A stretch of 47,572 nucleotides of DNA, taken from positions 1-47,572 of the forward strand of contig JACQTT010000078.1 of the NCBI GenBank assembly GCA_016210665.1, in the 5' to 3' direction. The first letter of the stretch is position 1. Each line of letters opens with the position of its first letter. Position numbers and translations under genes: made by a program. The notes beneath the pieces were generated by a model. It was given only the letters and a program-made list of their open reading frames with translations. It made no database searches and had not been told where the DNA came from. Source of the stretch: Chloroflexota bacterium. Lineage in GTDB: Bacteria; Chloroflexota; Dehalococcoidia; Lucifugimonadales; JACQTT01. This document shows, in pieces, positions 16,697 to 24,744 of the stretch.

Positions 16697-18096
16697 AGGC
16701 AGAATCCCTGCGTCGTTCGCTATTTTTCGACGGCCTGCCAGAGGAGGACCTAAACTGGCTGCTGAGCAAGACGGAGGAGGTCTCAGTCCAGGCAGGCACA
16801 CTGTTGATGGAGGAAGGCACCCCTGGCGACGCCCTTTATCTTGTTCTGGACGGAGAGTTCGAAATAACCAAGCGCTCAGGCGGGCAGGAAGTGGTACTAG
16901 CAGCAAGAGGGCCAAGCGAGCTGCTCGGCGAGTTGGCTTTGCTTGAGCAGGCACCTAGGTCTGCATCGGTGCGTGCCTTGAAGGACGGACGCTTATTGAA
17001 GATCGGCGGGGCCGATTTTCAGAAGCTGCTCTCCTCCAGTCCCTCGGCAGCGCTGGCAATATTGCATACCGTAACCTCTCGTCTCAGAAACACCGAGTCA
17101 ATGTTGAGGCAGCATGAAAAGATGGCCGCTCTAGGTACCTTGGCTGCGGGAGTAGCCCACGAATTGAACAACCCGGCGGCTGCGGTACGACGCAGTAGCG
17201 CGCAACTGAGGGAGATTCTAGGCAGATACCAACGCCTGGATACTGAACTCTCTTCTCTAGCGGTATCCTTAAGCCAACGAGAGGTGCTGAGCAGTGTATC
17301 AGAGGCGCTCATGAAAGGCGAATCTCCAGAGTGGAGACTTGACCCTCTTACACGCAGTGACCAAGAGGGAAATCTACAATCGTGGCTTGAGGAGATGGGG
17401 GTTGACCAGGCATGGGAACTGGCGCCGCCGCTGGTGTCCTTTGGATTGAGCGCAGAAAAGCTGGGTAACTTATCCAGGGATTTCTCACCAGAACAGTTTC
17501 ACTCGATGGTGCAATGGATAGGAGCTAGATGCTCTGCTTATGCTCTTCTGAAAGAGATAGGCGAAGGCGCTGAGCGGATCTCCGAGATCGTCAAAGCTGT
17601 AAAGAGCTACTCATATCTCGACCAGGCACCGATACAAGAGATAGACGTGCATGACGGTTTGGAAAATACCCTTGTTCTGCTGCGACACAAGATTAAGCAT
17701 GGGGTCCACGTCATCCGGCAATACGCTCCAGATTTACCCCACATAGAGGCTTATGCCAGCGAGTTGAATCAGGTCTGGACCAATATCATAGATAATGCCC
17801 TGGACGCCATGGAAGAGCAGGGCGAACTCATTCTTAGAACCTTTGGCCAGAAGGGTCAAATAACGGTGGAAATCTGCGATACCGGCCCAGGCATTCCTAT
17901 TGAAATTCAGCCACGAATCTTCGATCCCTTTTTTACCACCAAACCGCCAGGTGTTGGCACAGGCTTGGGTCTTCATATCAGCTACAACATAGTGGTGCAC
18001 AAACATCACGGAGAGATCAAGGTCGCTTCCAGACCAGGCGGGACCTGCTTCCAGGTGACGCTGCCAGAACAGATGATGAGGGATCAGCACCCATGA
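16693..18096 (+). CDS. Cyclic-nucleotide-binding domain sensor histidine kinase
   Basis: The N-terminal cNMP-binding fold has LMEEGTPGDALYLVLDGEFEI...GELALL...PRSASVRA. The H-box is AAGVAHELNNPAAAV. HATPase motifs are NIIDNALDA, DTGPGIP and GVGTGLGLHISYNIV. ATGA overlaps the upstream gene. Confidence 0.9.
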   Translation: MKAESLRRSLFFDGLPEEDLNWLLSKTEEVSVQAGTLLMEEGTPGDALYLVLDGEFEITKRSGGQEVVLAARGPSELLGELALLEQAPRSASVRALKDGRLLKIGGADFQKLLSSSPSAALAILHTVTSRLRNTESMLRQHEKMAALGTLAAGVAHELNNPAAAVRRSSAQLREILGRYQRLDTELSSLAVSLSQREVLSSVSEALMKGESPEWRLDPLTRSDQEGNLQSWLEEMGVDQAWELAPPLVSFGLSAEKLGNLSRDFSPEQFHSMVQWIGARCSAYALLKEIGEGAERISEIVKAVKSYSYLDQAPIQEIDVHDGLENTLVLLRHKIKHGVHVIRQYAPDLPHIEAYASELNQVWTNIIDNALDAMEEQGELILRTFGQKGQITVEICDTGPGIPIEIQPRIFDPFFTTKPPGVGTGLGLHISYNIVVHKHHGEIKVASRPGGTCFQVTLPEQMMRDQHP

Positions 18097-18497
18097 ATGA
18101 CGGACAGATCAAGGCTATATTACAAACGAGCCGCACCATCGCCTCCGTTGGACTGTCGCCTAATCCCGAGAGGCCCAGCTTAGGCGTCGCCTACTATCTC
18201 AAATCCCAGGGCTATCGCATAATCCCTGTCAATCCCAACGCGGACAGAGTTCTTGATGAGAAGTCATATGCGGATCTACCCTCAGTGCCTGAAAAGGTGG
18301 ATGTGGTTCAGATATTCCGACGTCCCGAGGATGTGCCACCCATAGTGGAGCAGGCGATCCAAATAGGTGCTAAAGTGGTTTGGATGCAGGAGGGGATTTC
18401 CAATGAGGAGGCGGCGAATAGGGCAGAGGCCGCCGGCCTGCAGGTTGTAATGAATCGGTGTATGATGCAGGAGCATCGCCGCCTCTTCGGCAGATGA
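18093..18497 (+). CDS. CoA-binding domain protein (YccU/YneT-like)
   Basis: 134 aa with TIASVGLSPNPERPSLGVAYYLKSQGYRIIPVNP...VDVVQIFRRPEDVPPIVEQAIQIGAKVVWMQ. A 4-nt overlap with the kinase gene indicates the same operon. Confidence 0.85.
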   Translation: MNDGQIKAILQTSRTIASVGLSPNPERPSLGVAYYLKSQGYRIIPVNPNADRVLDEKSYADLPSVPEKVDVVQIFRRPEDVPPIVEQAIQIGAKVVWMQEGISNEEAANRAEAAGLQVVMNRCMMQEHRRLFGR

Positions 18498-18522
18498 GTC
18501 TTCCTAGAGAGGGGGATTAAAC

Positions 18523-21500
18523 ATGAAATGCCTTCAGTGTGCACACGAGAATTCGGGCGACGCGAGATTCTGTGAGGAGTGTGGCCGGCCGCTAGAGCAG
18601 ACCTGCCCCAACTGTAGCCAAGGGGTTTCCATCAAAGCCAAGTTCTGTAGGAACTGTGGCTACGACCTGGGCAAGGTAAGCGAACCGGTGGCAGCTACTC
18701 GACTAATCAGTCTCCAACAGGCTGCACCTGCCGCTATACATGAGAAGATCCTCTCTTCCCGAGCTCATATCGAAGGCGAGCGAAAACAGGTTACCGTTCT
18801 CTTTACCGATATCGTTGGTTCGACGGGCCTGGCTGAGAGACTAGACCCAGAAGAATGGGGTGAGATCGTCTCAGGCGCACACCAACGCGTAAGCGAGGCC
18901 GTCTATCGCTACGAAGGAACCATTGCCCAGCTTTTAGGGGACGGTGTGCTCGCCTTCTTCGGAGCGCCACTGACTCATGAGGATGACGCGGAGCGGGCAG
19001 TCCGAGCGGCATTGGATATTAGTAGGGCGATTGTTGACTATTCGCGAGAACTTGCTGCCAAGAAAGGAATTCAGAATTTTCAGATGCGGATGGGGCTCAA
19101 CACGGGACTGGTAGTGGTAGGGAGCATTGGCAGCAATTTGCACATGGAATACCTTGCTATCGGCGACGCAGTGAACCTGGCGGCCCGGATGGAGCAGACC
19201 GCTGGGCCAGACACCGTTCAAATGGCTGAAAACACCTACAAGCTGGTGGCGCCTCTCTTTGACTGCGAAGGCCCCTTTGCCCTAGAGCTCAAAGGCAAGA
19301 GCGAGCAGGTACAAGCGTACAGAGTTCTGCGCCCCAAGGATGAACGTGGTTCACTGCGTGGCATAGAGGGACTCGGTGCCCCCCTTATCGGGCGCGAAAA
19401 AGAAATGGGCCTGCTGCGCGAAGCCATCAATGGCCTGCTGCAGGGACGTGGCCAGCTCGTGTCCGTCATGGGAGAGGCTGGCCTAGGAAAATCCCGGCTC
19501 ATGACGGAACTGCGCAAGGCGCTGGTCTTCGATGGCCTGTTGCCGGGGCCCACTGATGAAGCAGACATAGCCAGCGTTGGGAACAGCCAATTTCTATGGT
19601 TTGAAGGGCGCTCTTTCTCTTACGAGTCTTCCACGGGGTATGCTCCCTTCAATAGGTTGCTCACTAGCCTCTTTGGGCTGCGCCAAGGGGAGACCGACGC
19701 AGAAAAGTATGAGAAGGTGAGGGATCAGGTGGCCCAAGTTCTACCTGAGCAGCTCTTAGACGTGGCGCCCTACATCGCCGCGATGCTGGGGGTTCAACTT
19801 ACAGGCGAGGCATGGGAACGGGTCCGCTACCTTCAACCCCCGCAGGTACGAGAGCGGGTCTTCAGAGCAGTACAGCTTTATTTGGAGCGTGTAGCAACGA
19901 ATAAACCCCTAGTTTTGGTGTTCGAAGACCTCCACTGGGCTGACCCTATTTCCCTGGATCTAGTCCAGCAATTGATGCCCCTGACTGATCGAGTTCCCTT
20001 ACTGCTAATTGGGGTCTTTCGCCCGGCGCGTCAAGAGCCTTCCTGGCGTGTCCATGAGGTCGCCAACAGGGATTACCCCCATCGCTATATTCCCTTGCTC
20101 CTAGAACCCCTGACGGAGAGCGACACTCGTACATTGGTCGCGAACCTCCTCTACATCGAAGACCTTCCTGAGCGTGTGCACAACCTGATTCTGACCAAGG
20201 CTGAAGGGAACCCCTTCTTCGTCGAGGAGGTCATTCGTTCCCTCCTTGATGCTCATTTGATTGTGCGGGATGACTCTCACTGGCGTGCTACGAAGGAAAT
20301 TGAAAACATCGCCGTGCCCAACACCCTTGCCGGCGTCATCCTGTCCCGCTTGGACAGACTGGATGAGACGTCGAAACAGGTGCTCCAAGCTGCCTCAGTA
20401 ATCGGCCGGGAGTTTTCATTAGAGGCACTAACAGCGATCTCTGAGAGAGGGGAGTCCTTGGAAAAGGCATTAGCGGATCTGGAGCGACGGGAGCTAGTCA
20501 GAGAGAGGGGCCGTCGCCCCCAGCGTGTTTACATTTTTAAGCACGTCTTAACCCAGGAGACGGCGTATGGCTCTCTGTTGCTTAGCACATGCCGGGAACT
20601 CCACCGCCGCACGGCAGAGTTCCTAGAGCAGACAATTCCAGACGGCGCCAGCGAGATCGCGCGGCACTTTCTGGCGGCAAGGGAGGAGGTCCGAGCCTTG
20701 CCCTATCTAGTGCAGGCTGGTGAGCGGGCCTCCTTCGCCCATTCACTCAAGGAGGCCATCACCTTTTTCAGAAAAGCCGTGGACATTCTGGAATCGGTGC
20801 GGGATGCGTCCCTGGCCCGGCGGGCCTTTGAAGGTCTCGGAGGGGGCCTCGCCCTTTCCTTCGACGTTCCCGGAGCTGTGGACACCTTTCACCGGATGAT
20901 CCACGTGGCGGAAACCTACGAGAATCTTCCCATGAAGGTCTCGGCTCTCAACAAGCTGGCCCGCGTCACGGCCTTGATGCAGGGCCGGTTCCCAGAGGCC
21001 GAAGTGCATCTAGGTGAAGCGGAGCGTCTGGCGCTGCTATGTGAGGACCTGCCGGGGCTGACAGAGCTACACATGAGCTACTGCTCCATTAGGAGCATCT
21101 CCGGAGATATAGATGGCGCTCTAGCACACCAGCGCACCGCCATCCAAATCGGGAAAGAAAAGATCGCCACGGAGCTCAAGCTCTTTGGCATGAGCCACTG
21201 CGCCAACAGCCTCACCTTTATGACCCATTTTGACGAGGCGTTACAGCAGGCCGATGATGCCATAACTGCAGCGGAAAAAGAGGGGAATCGTCTCCACAAG
21301 ACCTGGGCTATGGTTATGCCTGTTACCTGGTACCATCTGCGTCTGGGAGACCTGGAGACAGCGCGGCGGGAGGGCCAAAGGGGCATAGATTCGGCAACGC
21401 AAATAGGCGCCGAGGATGCCGAAAGCGCGGGAGATTTCCTGCTGGGCCACATTGCCCGACTCCAGGGCCGCTATGAAGAGGCCATTGCCTGGCAGAGGCG

Positions 21501-22197
21501 CGCTACAAATGCTGCCCGGGCTTCAGGATTCCTTTTTGTTGAAGCGGGAGCCCTCTGTGCTTTGGGCTCTTTATACTGGGAGATCAGCGACAAGAACCGT
21601 GAGCAGGCGGAGGAGTTCTACTCCCAATCTCTCAAGATGATGGAGAGCCCATTTGGCTTGGTTTTGGCGGCGCAAAGCTGGACAGACATGGGCTATTATG
21701 CCCTGGCCCGAGGCCAGGTAGATAAAGCCTGGGAGGTGTTCCAAAAGGCCTTGACCGAACGTTCTACCTTCAGATACCTGCTGCGGCCCGCGGCTTTGGT
21801 GGGGTCGGCCATGGCATCAGTGGCTCAGGGAGATTTGGAGGAAGCTGCTCGCTTGTCAAAGGAGGCGTGGGCTTTTGCCGAAGAGCGGACTATGCGTCTC
21901 TACTACCCCATCATAGCCCGAGGCAATGCCCACATCGCCGCAGCTAAGGGTGACACCGAAATGGCGTTGGAGAGCTATGACCAGGCAGAAAGCTTGGCAC
22001 TAGATATGGGCATGCGTCCCTTGGTCTGGCAGGTCAGGTCTGATACTGCCCGTCTGCTATCCAGGAGTGGGCGCAATGACGAAGCGGAGGTGCTAAGGCG
22101 CAAAGCGCAGGAGATGAGTGACGAGATTGCCGCTCTGTTCAAGGACACATCTCTCCGCGCAGAGTTTGTTCACAGCGCGATGAATATGAGAGCCTAG
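18523..22197 (+). CDS. Class III adenylate/guanylate cyclase fused to zinc ribbons, a STAND/AAA_16 ATPase and TPR repeats
   Basis: 1224 aa. The N-terminus has a double zinc ribbon (CxxC x4). The cyclase domain has VTVLFTDIVGSTGLAERL...GDGVLAFFGAP...IGDAVNLAARME. The P-loop is MGEAGLGKSRL with Walker B LVLVFEDLHWAD. A long TPR-like helical tail follows. Confidence 0.9.
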   Translation: MKCLQCAHENSGDARFCEECGRPLEQTCPNCSQGVSIKAKFCRNCGYDLGKVSEPVAATRLISLQQAAPAAIHEKILSSRAHIEGERKQVTVLFTDIVGSTGLAERLDPEEWGEIVSGAHQRVSEAVYRYEGTIAQLLGDGVLAFFGAPLTHEDDAERAVRAALDISRAIVDYSRELAAKKGIQNFQMRMGLNTGLVVVGSIGSNLHMEYLAIGDAVNLAARMEQTAGPDTVQMAENTYKLVAPLFDCEGPFALELKGKSEQVQAYRVLRPKDERGSLRGIEGLGAPLIGREKEMGLLREAINGLLQGRGQLVSVMGEAGLGKSRLMTELRKALVFDGLLPGPTDEADIASVGNSQFLWFEGRSFSYESSTGYAPFNRLLTSLFGLRQGETDAEKYEKVRDQVAQVLPEQLLDVAPYIAAMLGVQLTGEAWERVRYLQPPQVRERVFRAVQLYLERVATNKPLVLVFEDLHWADPISLDLVQQLMPLTDRVPLLLIGVFRPARQEPSWRVHEVANRDYPHRYIPLLLEPLTESDTRTLVANLLYIEDLPERVHNLILTKAEGNPFFVEEVIRSLLDAHLIVRDDSHWRATKEIENIAVPNTLAGVILSRLDRLDETSKQVLQAASVIGREFSLEALTAISERGESLEKALADLERRELVRERGRRPQRVYIFKHVLTQETAYGSLLLSTCRELHRRTAEFLEQTIPDGASEIARHFLAAREEVRALPYLVQAGERASFAHSLKEAITFFRKAVDILESVRDASLARRAFEGLGGGLALSFDVPGAVDTFHRMIHVAETYENLPMKVSALNKLARVTALMQGRFPEAEVHLGEAERLALLCEDLPGLTELHMSYCSIRSISGDIDGALAHQRTAIQIGKEKIATELKLFGMSHCANSLTFMTHFDEALQQADDAITAAEKEGNRLHKTWAMVMPVTWYHLRLGDLETARREGQRGIDSATQIGAEDAESAGDFLLGHIARLQGRYEEAIAWQRRATNAARASGFLFVEAGALCALGSLYWEISDKNREQAEEFYSQSLKMMESPFGLVLAAQSWTDMGYYALARGQVDKAWEVFQKALTERSTFRYLLRPAALVGSAMASVAQGDLEEAARLSKEAWAFAEERTMRLYYPIIARGNAHIAAAKGDTEMALESYDQAESLALDMGMRPLVWQVRSDTARLLSRSGRNDEAEVLRRKAQEMSDEIAALFKDTSLRAEFVHSAMNMRA

Positions 22198-22232
22198 CCT
22201 TTCATCCAAGAATACAGACAATCGCGCGTAGC

Positions 22233-23006
22233 CTACTCCACGAGCATATCTTCTTGCCCGGGCTTCAGTTCTATTCCCAACCTATCGGCCTCGGCCGACA
22301 ATTCCATGGCTAGCTCTTCATGGTATTGCAATCCTAAATGGACCGGCACAATTCTTGGTAGCTTCACTCCTATGTCGAGGGCATGGCGAAGCTGCTGAGC
22401 CAACAAAGCGGGGGTCAGATGCCCTACGAGCTCCGCGAGGCTCTTAAGACGATTGGGAAAGTTCACATCAACAAACAGCACTCGCGGGGCATGTGGGTCT
22501 TGAAAAAACGGCAGTAGATCGCCACTCGTGTCGCCCGTGTAGGCCATTGACATCCCATCCTTGTTCCAGATGATGTACCCAACCGCCGGCACAGGGTGCC
22601 GTGCTGGGATAGCCCTGATATGATAATCAAGCACCGGAATGGGCTGCATTGCCTTCACTGGATGGAACTGGTATCTGGCCGACGCATCTCGAAGAGCCTT
22701 GGTGAGGTCTGGATAAACAATCCCGTCCATGAGATGCGTACGGACACTCTCTAAGGTCTCCTGCAATCCGTACACATCTATCTGATGGGAACGCTCCACT
22801 ATTGCCAAGCCAATAGTTGGCAGATCGCGACAGTGGTCAAAATGGGCGTGGGTGAGCAGTATGGCCCGTATTTTGGCGAGTTCGGTTTGGGGCAATGAGG
22901 TCGCAAGGCTGCCTGCATCTACAGCCAGTACACCGTCTACGAGAAAACATGTATGTCGGGTGTTCGCCGTCTCCAGATTGTGAACACCGATGACACGAAT
23001 TTTCAT
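22233..23006 (-). CDS. MBL-fold metallo-hydrolase; candidate class II cyclic-nucleotide phosphodiesterase
   Basis: The preferred start ATG 23006 (AGAGG RBS) gives MKIRVIGVHNLETANTRHTCFLVDGVLAVDAGS...ILLTHAHFDHCRDLP (HxHxDH). The N-terminal pattern resembles the class II cNMP-PDE branch of the MBL fold (from recall). The ORF-track extension to 23138 was rejected. Confidence 0.75.
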   Translation of the reverse strand: MKIRVIGVHNLETANTRHTCFLVDGVLAVDAGSLATSLPQTELAKIRAILLTHAHFDHCRDLPTIGLAIVERSHQIDVYGLQETLESVRTHLMDGIVYPDLTKALRDASARYQFHPVKAMQPIPVLDYHIRAIPARHPVPAVGYIIWNKDGMSMAYTGDTSGDLLPFFQDPHAPRVLFVDVNFPNRLKSLAELVGHLTPALLAQQLRHALDIGVKLPRIVPVHLGLQYHEELAMELSAEADRLGIELKPGQEDMLVE

Positions 23007-23194
23007 AAAAACCTCTTGCTGGCCTACAGTTATACTCTGCCAAATACCACGCGGTGCATTATACCATGAGAGTCTCAATGCCCTGCCCGATCCCAATACA
23101 GATAAGGGAATTGATGGAAGTATAGACATCAATGCCACTTTGAGAGTAAACTCAGAGCGGCTTTCATGAGTCTTGTGAGGACAGGAGAGAAAAT

Positions 23195-24190
23195 TTGCCC
23201 AGTATAGACGTCTTCATGATGCAGGACCTAGAGTATCAAGCCTACATGGAGTCTGCCAAGCTAGCGGAGAAGAGCGGCTTTGAGAACTTTTGGCTGATAG
23301 ACTCCACCGATGCCTACACCGACTACTGCGCCTGGGATAGTCTGATAGCAGTCAACACCTCTCGGATCAGGATAGGCCCAGGGGTAACCAACCCCATAAC
23401 TCGCCACCCTCGGGTTACTGCCAACCACATGCTCACTCTAAATGAGCTCTCTAAGGGCCGTGCGATACTGGGGCTGGGAACTGGCGACAACGCCGTGCGG
23501 AGCATGGGATGGAGCCCAGTCTCTCATTCGGTTATGCGGGAGGCGATGGAAATCATTCGGAACAAGTTTCGGGAGAGAAGGGCGGACATTCCCATATACG
23601 TTGCAATCGGCGGGCCGTTGAACACCAAAATGGCTCTACAGTTGGCCGACGGTGTTATCGGTGGAGTCGGACTCCGCGAGGGGCCTGATGGACTGATAAG
23701 GGGCCTAGAGCGCCTCAAGGCCGCAGCTAAGGAAGCTGGCAGAGATTTTTCCAATCTTCCAGTCAAGCTCAACTATGGTTTTGCCATATCACACAATAGG
23801 AAAGAAGCCATAGAAGAGATGAGGTGGAGTGTATCCACATTAATGAGGGGTATTTTTGTGAGGGGAACCTCTGCCCTTCCGACACATTTGGAGCGCTTCC
23901 GAGAAGAGGCCAAAAGAATTGGCGAGTCTTACGATTACTTCAACCACATGCGTACCCATACCCTGGGCGGCCAGCTGGCCCGCCATTCTCTCGCGAGCGA
24001 CGAGTTGGTCGAGGCGGTGGGTCTCCCTGCCGGAACACCTGAGGACTTCTTACCCAGATTCAAGTCCCTATGGCAGGCGATATCTCCAATGCCTAATGTG
24101 GGCTTCTTCTTGGTCCCTCATGGAGACAAAGGAGGTAGAAAGAGGACATTGGAGCTATTTGTGCGAGAGGTATTGCCAAAGCTCGGCTAA
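23195..24190 (+). CDS. LLM-class (luciferase-like) flavin/F420-dependent oxidoreductase, paralogue 1
   Basis: 331 aa. The TTG start is supported by alignment with the paralogue at 26639..27682 (MPSIDVFMMQD... versus MPKIGVFMFQD...). Identity is about 70% by eye along the full length. The layout is LLM-like TIM barrel (GFENFWLIDS, RHPRVTANHMLTLNELSKGRAILGLGTG). Confidence 0.8.
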   Translation: MPSIDVFMMQDLEYQAYMESAKLAEKSGFENFWLIDSTDAYTDYCAWDSLIAVNTSRIRIGPGVTNPITRHPRVTANHMLTLNELSKGRAILGLGTGDNAVRSMGWSPVSHSVMREAMEIIRNKFRERRADIPIYVAIGGPLNTKMALQLADGVIGGVGLREGPDGLIRGLERLKAAAKEAGRDFSNLPVKLNYGFAISHNRKEAIEEMRWSVSTLMRGIFVRGTSALPTHLERFREEAKRIGESYDYFNHMRTHTLGGQLARHSLASDELVEAVGLPAGTPEDFLPRFKSLWQAISPMPNVGFFLVPHGDKGGRKRTLELFVREVLPKLG

Positions 24191-24222
24191 AGCGAGGGAA
24201 GAAGAATCAGGGTAAATAAAAC

Positions 24223-24298
24223 TGGCGCGCCCGGCAGGATTCGAACCCGCGACCCTCGGTTCCGAAGACCGATGCTCTATCCCCTGAGCTACGGGCGC
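24223..24298 (-). tRNA. tRNA-Arg (anticodon UCG), CCA encoded
   Basis: Hand fold of the reverse complement: GCGCCCG-TA-GCTC-AGGGGATA-GAGC-A-TCGGT-CTTCGGA-ACCGA-GGGTC-GCGGG-TTCGAAT-CCTGC-CGGGCGC-G-CCA. The anticodon is TCG. Confidence 0.9.
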
Positions 24299-24384
24299 AT
24301 GCCCTATTTGTATCTAAGATAACCCCTTATGCGGTAGGTAAACAGGCGCATCGTGAAAAACTCTAACTGGTCGCTAACCACCTC

Positions 24385-24615
24385 TCACAGCAGACTAACT
24401 CTTAATCGCATTATAGGTGGTGGTAAATGCCTAGTCAAAGCTTTGGCCAGGGCTTTCTGAGGCTCCGGGGCAACATCGCTATAGCCGTCCAACGTCACGA
24501 CGATATTGACATGATTTAGCAGCTTCTGAACTATCTCAGGAGGCGAATCTACAAAGCCCAACTTGCATTGATGAGTATCATGAGTATGTAGATGGCCTGT
24601 CAGGAAAAGAAACCG
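24385..24615 (-). pseudogene. Relic of the C-terminal end of a tyrosine integrase
   Basis: This startless 76-codon frame reads RFLFLTGHLHTHDTHQCKLGFVDSPPEIVQKLLNHVNIVVTLDGYSDVAPEPQKALAKAL... It parallels the integrase C-terminal consensus RFHDLRHT...aGV..k.VQe.LGHssi.vTLDtYSHv with several catalytic positions mutated. It lies next to tRNA-Arg. Confidence 0.45.
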
Positions 24616-24689
24616 CTAATGCCAGCAATGATGGAAATTGAGGCTACCCACCGTAGCTGAAAGGATTCGTGAGCAAGCGGCTTACAACA

Positions 24690-24720
24690 GAGTCGGCCTG
24701 AGAAATTCTCAGGCCGACTC
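24690..24720 (-). terminator. Hairpin terminator after the first SBP gene
   Basis: Perfect 13-bp stem GAGTCGGCCTGAG / CTCAGGCCGACTC with a 5-nt loop, 25 nt downstream of the stop at 24745. On the minus strand it is followed by TGTTGT. Confidence 0.55.
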
Positions 24721-24744
24721 TCATTTCACACCACCTTGCCCCCT

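Noticed and set aside
22233-23138. 301-aa version of the MBL-fold gene starting at 23138
   Set aside because: The internal ATG 23006 has an AGAGG RBS and begins the conserved MKIRV... N-terminus. The extra 44 codons have no RBS and look non-coding.
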